DNA of 64,000 nucleotides from a virus: IMG/VR virus record IMGVR_UViG_3300035698_014689, positions 1 to 64,000 of that record; one strand, 5' to 3'. Shown piece by piece: positions 57,097 to 64,000 of this stretch (position 1 is its first letter; each line of letters starts with the position of its first letter). The notes under the pieces were generated by a model. It saw only the letters and a program-made list of their open reading frames with translations, ran no database searches and was not told where the DNA came from. The position numbers and the translations under genes were made by a program.

Positions 57097-58565
57097 CCTT
57101 CACTCCTTTTGCATCCAGCGCCTCTAAATCAAAAACGGGATACTCTTTTAAACATGTGTCTTTTGCGAATGCACAAAACTGCCTATAGCAATTATTCCAA
57201 GACTCTTTCTTCATAGAGCCCGCTCCCATTTGATCAACATTCTTATACATCTCTTTCATCTCCCGCACAACCTCCTGAAGCTCAGGCCATTCGTTTGCAC
57301 CTCTTTTTTCGCCTCTTTCAGTATTTTAGTGCACAGGTGAGTCACAAAGGGTTTCGACCTAAAATGACTCATATCCGCTTCGTAATCCTCGTAAATCTTG
57401 TCGAACAGTGTTTTAATGCTGGCATCCAACGAATTATTCTCTTTTACCCACTGACCAAAGCCCTGAACCTTTTTGACTGCATCATCGTAGTTCATAATAG
57501 CGAAACGAAGCATCGCCCTCGCCTCATCCTCCGTGTCATAAAAGAATGGATATTCTGGAGGGAGCAACCCAGCATTATTCTTCCGATTAACTATAACGAT
57601 GAGACCAGCATAAATCTGCTCAAAAACGGCGCTAGGAAGCATACGCAGGGTCTGAGGAAAAATACTTATGTGAGACTGCACCATCACATCCCACGCTTCC
57701 TCCTGAGACAGGTCTGTGAAAAACTCGACCTCCTTCGCCTTTTCCTTCACAGAGGCAACCTTCCCACTTTTTGAGGGAGTCGTAACTTTGATCTCAACAT
57801 CCTTGCCAGTTTTATATGCCAAGTCGTAACACTCCGTAGCGAAATCACCTCCCTTCGTAGCGGTGAAACGACCACCAAAATAAAGAGTCGTTTTTTCAAA
57901 GCGTTTTCCTTTCGTTCTTTTCACGGCCTCATCGATGCTTTGAGTATTCAGAGCACCATTGAGAATTATTATCTTTTCCTGCATGGCTTTGACTCTGTCT
58001 GGTGCAACAAAGAATTTTGCTGAGTCCACAGCCTGCTTCTTTGAATATGCAGTCGCCAAAACAGGGTAGTCTATAAGCGAGTACGATAGGGAGTGCCATG
58101 CCATATTCGCATAATTCGCATTCGAGCATTCCGAGTCGTACATACTCTTCGTATTATAATCCCACAGAGCAACTCTAGGTGTGTGCCCCCACTGAGCTTG
58201 CCGAGCAACTCACACATCTTGCCAGCCTTCCCAGCGTTATTACTCAGAACCAAATCAAATGTCCCGTACTTGCCAACCCACGGATCAATCTGCTGAAAAA
58301 GCTCCTCCGAGAACATCCATTCATTTATATCTCTGTTGGAATAAAGCGGCACGAAGATTTTCTTTAAACGAGGCGCATCCCACTCGTCCTCAAATTTCCA
58401 ATAGTGCAGAGGGGAAACTCCCTCAACTTGCGGAAGTACCCAGTAAAAAAAGATGTCGTCTCGATACCGTGAAATTGACTGAATCAAAGACCTCGTTAAA
58501 GTGAAGCTGGAGTCAGCGTTCAGATTAGGCGGATACTCATAAGTGTTCAAAATAAGAATTCTCAT
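57074..58565 (-). CDS. GT-B (GT4-like) glycosyltransferase split by two single-base frameshifts (~58175 and ~57278)
   Basis: Three consecutive frames join into ~496 aa: MRILILNT..., YFGGRFTATKG, PSAVFEQIYAG, YPFFY; paralogous to 58567-60027. Confidence 0.7.
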
Positions 58566-58566
58566 A

Positions 58567-60027
58567 TTACTCCTTGATAAAGATACTCTCGTCCTTACGT
58601 ACCAGACAACCAGTGGCAAATAATGCTCTCTCAATTGAAATTCTATTCGATTTCAGGAATGCAGACATGAACTCCTCTTTCAGAGCCTTCTTACACGCCA
58701 TGTCATAAAAAACAGGGAGAGTTACCTCCTTACCCGCATTCTCTTTCATAACCTCGCCAAAGACAACGTCAAGACGGGCCACAGCACCCGACGCTCTGAA
58801 TCTGTCTCCCTGTCGCACATAACACTCCTCTAAAACATCAGACCAAAAGTGACCTATGTTCTCTAACGAGAAACGCTCACGATACCCCTCCAACCACGTC
58901 TTAACCTGATCCTTAACTTTCTTCGGATTACGTGCACATAAATGCACTAACAAATCAAAGTCCTTATCAGATTGAGCGATCAACGGGTAATCAGGAAAAC
59001 GACCCTTATTCCAAGGCTTCTCACGAATAACAGGAACCGCCCCAGAAAAAATAGCTTCAAACAGTGCGATGCCCGTTCCTTCGTATTCAGTCCACATAAG
59101 ATAGAAATCTATGTTCTTTAAATTCTCAATATAATCCGCTCTCTTCACATTTGTCAGGAAAGTCAGACGTTCCCCTAAGTTCTCCCTCATGCCACAAATA
59201 ACGTCATGCGTTTCAGTGTCCAAATCTTGCTGAGTCATGCAATAAAAACCCACGTTCTTTTTCCCTACACAAGCGGACTTCACGGACTTTGCTAAATCAG
59301 ACCAGTGACGCTTCGACTCCATCGAACCAGCATGACCGAAAGTAGCTCTCTCCTCGGGTCTCTTATGGACTGGAACCTCATCCGAGGGCATACTAGGAAT
59401 AAATGAACGTGCGTTCAACTGTTGCTGTTTAACTGGTGACAGATATTGCTTTGCCAGTTTCGTGAGCCAGCCTTGATCCGCTTCAGTAAAATTCAAAGTC
59501 AGGTCAGAGGCTAACGCACTCGTTATGGATTGTAACTCCCCTTCAGGTGAGCCAAGTTTCGGAAGGTTCTTATCCGCTCCAGACTCGCTCAGAAAATTCA
59601 AAATACTTGGCGAGATATGAGGAAATACGTATTTATTCCCCCCGAAATCGTGGGGCATCATCTGAGCGGCTAACTGCTGATTTGCAGTGTAATACCACGA
59701 CACGAATAAATCCACCCTGCGGGAGTCCTTACTCGCAAGCCACTGTAACATCTCGGGATGAAATAACGGAGGTGCAACACCATTAAATCCGTCCTGTCCT
59801 TTACGAGCCTCAGCACCGTGACAGGTGAAGGGAAGAAACTCTATATCCAGTCCATCGAAGAAGCCATCCACCTGAATCTCACTCTCCTCGTCGGGATGGA
59901 AAAATATCCAGTGGACATCAGACCTGACTTTATTGACGGACTGAATTATCGAGCGTGAAAAAACGCATTGACTTATTCCGTCCATTCGCTTCGCAGTATA
60001 TCCCCACCATAAAAAACATACATTCAT
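58567..60027 (-). CDS. GT-B (GT4-like) glycosyltransferase
   Basis: GHAGSMESKR, YEGTGIALFEAIFSGAVP, DYPL; likely start MNVCFLWWG. Confidence 0.8.
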   Translation of the reverse strand: MNVCFLWWGYTAKRMDGISQCVFSRSIIQSVNKVRSDVHWIFFHPDEESEIQVDGFFDGLDIEFLPFTCHGAEARKGQDGFNGVAPPLFHPEMLQWLASKDSRRVDLFVSWYYTANQQLAAQMMPHDFGGNKYVFPHISPSILNFLSESGADKNLPKLGSPEGELQSITSALASDLTLNFTEADQGWLTKLAKQYLSPVKQQQLNARSFIPSMPSDEVPVHKRPEERATFGHAGSMESKRHWSDLAKSVKSACVGKKNVGFYCMTQQDLDTETHDVICGMRENLGERLTFLTNVKRADYIENLKNIDFYLMWTEYEGTGIALFEAIFSGAVPVIREKPWNKGRFPDYPLIAQSDKDFDLLVHLCARNPKKVKDQVKTWLEGYRERFSLENIGHFWSDVLEECYVRQGDRFRASGAVARLDVVFGEVMKENAGKEVTLPVFYDMACKKALKEEFMSAFLKSNRISIERALFATGCLVRKDESIFIKE

Positions 60028-60037
60028 TTGAATCACC

Positions 60038-61000
60038 TCAGATAGATTGAATTTCCTTGATGACTTTACCAAGGCGCTTGTCAATAAACCACTCGACTAA
60101 AGAGCAGAAATCATCAGCAAAGGATAAGGTCTCGGCCTTCTTTTCGTCATACAGAAGAGGGCCACACTTTTCAACTACTTCAGGATTGCATATATCGCTC
60201 AAAATCATAGGATATACGTTTGTCAAGTGTGAACAGATAACCATCCACCAACTATGACCGAATTCCTCCGCTGACTTGAAACCTGCTGACATCAATTTAT
60301 CAGCCCTGTTTCTCCAGAAAATTTTCAGGATTTCTTTTCCCGCGAAAGTATGCTGATCGAGTGCTGTTATCATCATCCCGTCCTTCTTCTTATCACACAC
60401 CTCAAATTGAATGGCATCCACTGGAGCCAGACATCCCTGACGTTCCGAGCACTCCAAGATGTAGGGAAGGAAAAGGGACTGCTTCTCATAATCCCACTTA
60501 TTAAAACAACGTTCGCAAAAATCAACTAAATCAGCATCATACCCCAGCTCCCTATAAATACTGAAACTTCCCTCAAGCAAACCACGCTTCATAAGGTATT
60601 GCAACTCCTCGGGAAATTTCTTGGATAAAGCCGTTTCATTATTTGCATTATAAGCGAGGGAAGAGAGCTCACGGGACTTTGGAGCGCCACAGAGTGAAAC
60701 GATCCACTGCTCTAATTCAGACCAGTTTTCTGAGTTGGGGTTCTTCTCCCATATTGGAGCGAATGTGGAGCAGACTCCAGCGCACTCCTCGAACATAATT
60801 GTCAACAGTCTGCGCCAAAGTGTGAAAGGATCATACAACCACACCATACGACCATATCGAACAGCGTCCTCAACGTTACCACGTCTAATCGCTTTTTGAA
60901 CGGCGCTTTTGCAGGTATAAAGGGCGGACTTACTGGGTTTCTCAACATCCTTCCATTCAGGGAAGAGATAGGGCTGTACTTTTGTTTCTATCTTACTCAT
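60038..61000 (-). CDS. RarA/MgsA C-terminal-like helical domain protein without ATPase
   Basis: KSAVQKAIRRG..A...WRRLLTIMFEE and ALDQHT motifs; no Walker A. Confidence 0.7.
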   Translation of the reverse strand: MSKIETKVQPYLFPEWKDVEKPSKSALYTCKSAVQKAIRRGNVEDAVRYGRMVWLYDPFTLWRRLLTIMFEECAGVCSTFAPIWEKNPNSENWSELEQWIVSLCGAPKSRELSSLAYNANNETALSKKFPEELQYLMKRGLLEGSFSIYRELGYDADLVDFCERCFNKWDYEKQSLFLPYILECSERQGCLAPVDAIQFEVCDKKKDGMMITALDQHTFAGKEILKIFWRNRADKLMSAGFKSAEEFGHSWWMVICSHLTNVYPMILSDICNPEVVEKCGPLLYDEKKAETLSFADDFCSLVEWFIDKRLGKVIKEIQSI

Positions 61001-61064
61001 TTCATTCCTTACTTTATATGACGATCACACCAAATAGGATAAACTCTGTACACTGAAATACAAG

Positions 61065-61823
61065 TCAGTCATCCGTTTTTGTTCTTGATATTGCGATGCT
61101 CTCTATTTTGCGTAATAGAAAGAACTGCTTGTCCGTGAGATAGCCTCTTTGCTCGAAGAAGTTAAGAAAATCAACAATGATTTTTCGTTCCTTCGTGTCC
61201 AACGCTTTACTCATAGAGTTAACAGCATCCAGCTTCTCCTTCACATCACTGCCAGCTTTTCGTAATGTGACAGGATCAATCAGCTCATCACCCTCACGTT
61301 TCATCATAAGATATTTTCCGCACTTGTTATTAAATGCGGCGACTTGTTTGGTGGTTGGAGTCTGCCCCTCTTTAGCAATCTTTCTGTGGAGGTCGGACAA
61401 GAATGAATCCTCACTGCCGTTATCCAAAGTATATGAGCCATCGTTGAACTCACAGAGGTTCTTGAAAAACTCAGGTTCGGCCATTGACAAGTCCTCAAGG
61501 AAAAACGCCAAGTCCTCCTCGGTGTCACCGTCTAATTTCGGTCTTCTTAATTTCTCATCCATCTCCTGACGAGCCTCCTCGGAGGATAAGAACATAACAT
61601 CCTTCAAAATCTGCTTGTATTGATCATCGGAAACAGTTTTCTCTAAACACTCCAAACAGAGCGTGACTGGAATCGCATCGTGGTCTGATTCATCTGAAAC
61701 AAAATAGCAGGCGGCTGACAAGACAACTAGATCAAAACATGCCTCACATTTCAGTGACTTCTGTTTCACATTCATTTCAAGGACTTCGAGGCCCGTCAGA
61801 GCCTCAATCAATTCATTGCTCAT
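61065..61823 (-). CDS. hypothetical protein with CxxC pair
   Basis: CEAC...LCLEC; two F(L)..(L/F)......T.KQ repeats. Confidence 0.65.
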   Translation of the reverse strand: MSNELIEALTGLEVLEMNVKQKSLKCEACFDLVVLSAACYFVSDESDHDAIPVTLCLECLEKTVSDDQYKQILKDVMFLSSEEARQEMDEKLRRPKLDGDTEEDLAFFLEDLSMAEPEFFKNLCEFNDGSYTLDNGSEDSFLSDLHRKIAKEGQTPTTKQVAAFNNKCGKYLMMKREGDELIDPVTLRKAGSDVKEKLDAVNSMSKALDTKERKIIVDFLNFFEQRGYLTDKQFFLLRKIESIAISRTKTDD

Positions 61824-61840
61824 TTTCCAATTTCCTCCAA

Positions 61841-62221
61841 TTAAATAAAGTTTCTCCTGACTAACTGATCAGTCATCCAGATGATCTTCACTGGCTTATT
61901 CAACATAAAAACATGATCAATCATACCATCACGGGTAAGACGAATCTGCGTATAAAAACCATCAGTAGGAGCTTTTATCTCCGTGTGTAGAGCACCTATG
62001 GAATGATCCTCATCACGAAAGAATAAAAAACCCAGTCCGTGCAATCGAGTGCACTCGATCTTAGCCCTTTCCGCAAACTTCGGCCACATCGCAATCTGTG
62101 ACTCTGTTTTCGGAACGACTTTTTTTGGATAGGGATCAGCCAAAACTGCGAAATTCTCATCAACGGGTTTCGACGAATAAATCTGCACACACTGACCATC
62201 TTTGTTCTTATATATTTTCAT
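61841..62221 (-). CDS. hypothetical protein
   Basis: ORF with GAGGAG RBS; contains palindrome 62039-62054. Confidence 0.6.
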   Translation of the reverse strand: MKIYKNKDGQCVQIYSSKPVDENFAVLADPYPKKVVPKTESQIAMWPKFAERAKIECTRLHGLGFLFFRDEDHSIGALHTEIKAPTDGFYTQIRLTRDGMIDHVFMLNKPVKIIWMTDQLVRRNFI

Positions 62222-62224
62222 TTT

Positions 62225-62680
62225 CTACTCCTCATACAAAACCTCACAAACCAAGCCCCTATTCGAAGAACTCGGACGTAAAACACGAATATCTTTGACG
62301 AAACGTTCGCCATCAATCACCGTGACCTTTTCAAACGTTCTCAAAGTCAAAAGACAGATCAAACCAAAAGGGCGACTGTGCAGATACCAGCCAGTTGCTC
62401 TATCATCTATTTTAGCATAACAGAACAGAGACTGGAATGGAGCACCATCACGTGTCTTCCAATCCTCGTAAACTTTAACGAGCTTCCCACCCTCGGAAAA
62501 CAGTCTATCACCTTCAACTGGAAGGCGCTTACTCAGCTCCTCAAAAGAGACACCTGACTTTTTCAAACTCTCTCTGTCATTCGAAGAGGATATTCGATCA
62601 GTCTGTGACTCCACGAGCTTCGATTTCAACTCCTTTTCCGAAGTGATGCCAAGCTCCTCCATTACCTCTTCTTTTTTCAT
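62225..62680 (-). CDS. hypothetical protein
   Basis: GGAGG RBS, ATGA overlap. Confidence 0.6.
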   Translation of the reverse strand: MKKEEVMEELGITSEKELKSKLVESQTDRISSSNDRESLKKSGVSFEELSKRLPVEGDRLFSEGGKLVKVYEDWKTRDGAPFQSLFCYAKIDDRATGWYLHSRPFGLICLLTLRTFEKVTVIDGERFVKDIRVLRPSSSNRGLVCEVLYEE

Positions 62681-63057
62681 CTTACCTCCAAATTCACAAA
62701 TTTCAGATTCGGATCAAACCTAATGAACAAATCCTTAATATCCATGAGCAACAAATCCCTCCCCTTCAAGTCCCTGCCGTCATTCACACTAGCGATCAGG
62801 AAAGTGATGCAGACATTATCTTCCTTGATGTCGGAGATAACTCCCAAGGGAGCCTGAGCCATATTCTCAATCCTCCAGCGGATTTTATTTCCATTCGTCA
62901 CTGTGAGCGGGAGAGGTAATTTGCATCTGCCGAAAAGATGTACCACGGATGGTATGTGCCTCGTATCAACAATGAAGACGTGAGTGTGAATTTCCCTCAA
63001 CGCTGTGAACTCCTTCATCGATTTTATCTTGTCATCAATTGGTTTGAAATCATTCAT
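62677..63057 (-). CDS. hypothetical protein
   Basis: Overlapping operon arrangement. Confidence 0.6.
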   Translation of the reverse strand: MNDFKPIDDKIKSMKEFTALREIHTHVFIVDTRHIPSVVHLFGRCKLPLPLTVTNGNKIRWRIENMAQAPLGVISDIKEDNVCITFLIASVNDGRDLKGRDLLLMDIKDLFIRFDPNLKFVNLEVR

Positions 63058-63277
63058 GGATACTTACCTTTATGTTGCGTTCCTCATACTTTCTGAACTC
63101 CCACTGATAGCGTTTAAATAGTTCACACCCGCACCAAATAATAGTAACCCCATCTTTCGGCTTGGAAACAAAAGAGGAGTCGGGTTTTAACCCCTTCCTC
63201 TGACGTATCTGAATTTCGACATCTTTAATATCGAAATCCACGTCTTGCAACCAAAATGATGGAATCTCTTTTTTCAT
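63050..63277 (-). CDS. hypothetical protein
   Basis: Overlapping operon arrangement. Confidence 0.55.
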   Translation of the reverse strand: MKKEIPSFWLQDVDFDIKDVEIQIRQRKGLKPDSSFVSKPKDGVTIIWCGCELFKRYQWEFRKYEERNIKVSIHE

Positions 63278-63657
63278 TTGATGTACACCACGAAATCTTT
63301 CCGTACACCAACGATCAGCATATCAGTGACAACCTTGGACTCGATTGTAACGGCTTCAACCCCTTCGGGGGGATCAGGAATCACATCCTGCTCTAAAATC
63401 GCTGTCAGCTCTTTCATAACCTCAGATGCTACATCTTTAGAAGCACCAGTGCCCACGAAAGTTCCTGCAATCATTTTTTGATGCCTGCAATCATTACCTC
63501 TTGAAGAGTCGAACGGACAAGAGCAGTAGAGGTCGGAGCAGATGTACTTACGAGTTACTTTCTCGGCTTCCATCCTTGTCACGTCGCCTTTTTCAAAGAT
63601 GTAGATTTCATCGAAGATTTCATACAGTTTTGAAATGTCAACCACTAACTTGCCCAT
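63274..63657 (-). CDS. SWIM zinc-finger protein
   Basis: CSCP.......CRH; AAGGAG RBS before MGKLVV. Confidence 0.65.
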   Translation of the reverse strand: MGKLVVDISKLYEIFDEIYIFEKGDVTRMEAEKVTRKYICSDLYCSCPFDSSRGNDCRHQKMIAGTFVGTGASKDVASEVMKELTAILEQDVIPDPPEGVEAVTIESKVVTDMLIVGVRKDFVVYIK

Positions 63658-63691
63658 CTCGTTCTCCTTTGTTTGATTTGCCGTTAATTGA

Positions 63692-64000
63692 TTACTTCTT
63701 CTCTTCAGCGAAGGCGGGGATGGTCTCAGCATCCGTTTTTTCGATCTTCAGCGTGATGCCAAAGGCCCGTTCGATGTTTTTAATATGAAGGTCAGCCCTG
63801 TCAAGAAGCGCGTCCACAGGCTCTGCACCCTCTTTAACCAACGCCCCAGCAATGAAGTCAGTGGCAACGAGGTCTAACAAGTGGCATGGCTTCTCACTCC
63901 CTGAAATCTTGGAAGCAAGTGCAAGAGCTGTTTCGATGTTCTTGTGTTGATCTTCGGTCAAGCTGAAAGTCATACGCTTGGTGAAATCTGTGACAGGTGC
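63692..64000 (-). CDS. hypothetical protein, probably truncated by the window edge
   Basis: Frame continues to the window end. Confidence 0.55.
   Translation of the reverse strand, partial: APVTDFTKRMTFSLTEDQHKNIETALALASKISGSEKPCHLLDLVATDFIAGALVKEGAEPVDALLDRADLHIKNIERAFGITLKIEKTDAETIPAFAEEKK

Noticed and set aside
63-62054. 16-bp palindrome as a host ArgR or NtrC box
   Set aside because: ArgR boxes have AT-only spacers and flanks, and NtrC sites are GCAC-N7-GTGC; neither fits the G/C-flanked, YR-centred consensus or the distribution
1-64000. Plus-strand ORFs in the six-frame track
   Set aside because: Nearly all are antisense shadows of well-supported minus-strand genes, without RBS or recognisable motifs
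1-64000. Stop-codon reassignment as the cause of broken genes
   Set aside because: Long genes are intact in the standard code and all three stops are used; the breaks are frame changes, not in-frame stops
1-64000. Prophage boundaries, integrase or host genes
   Set aside because: No integrase, att-like junction or housekeeping block seen; the sugar genes are co-oriented and overlap phage genes, so they are not a host LPS locus
1-64000. Host assignment (e.g. PVC superphylum or another Gram-negative anaerobe)
   Set aside because: GT9 domains, a lipoprotein and a DUF5320-like peptide are only suggestive; not supportable without searches

Overview
A 64 kb segment of a tailed dsDNA phage, siphovirus-like (1376-aa tape measure, tube protein, no sheath), with essentially all genes on the minus strand. 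In transcription order (right to left) it holds: small hypothetical genes; a ParB-domain/sugar-modification cluster (two GT-B glycosyltransferases, a DegT/perosamine-type aminotransferase, a cupin and a GMD remnant); terminase; an intein-containing portal; an intein-containing MuF with a C-terminal ADP-ribosyltransferase-like domain; prohead protease/scaffold and capsid; a triple-domain GT9-GT4-GT9 enzyme; neck and appendage genes; a putative lysis trio; the tail module; three paralogous Cys/Trp-rich modular proteins; two more glycosyltransferase genes (one with four domains); a wHTH protein; a MoxR AAA/vWA pair; many small accessory genes; and a 1.2 kb non-coding low-complexity region. Highlights: (i) about 10 glycosyltransferase domains, most placed inside the head and tail operons, suggesting elaborate virion glycosylation and possibly a separate amino-sugar DNA modification; (ii) a 16-bp palindrome GTGCA-NNYRNN-TGCAC found 14 times across the window, in intergenic and coding DNA; (iii) a MuF-intein-ART toxin with a candidate immunity gene. 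At least six single-base frameshifts and one apparent deletion suggest assembly errors, so broken genes should be read with caution. All calls come from motif recognition by eye; no searches were run.
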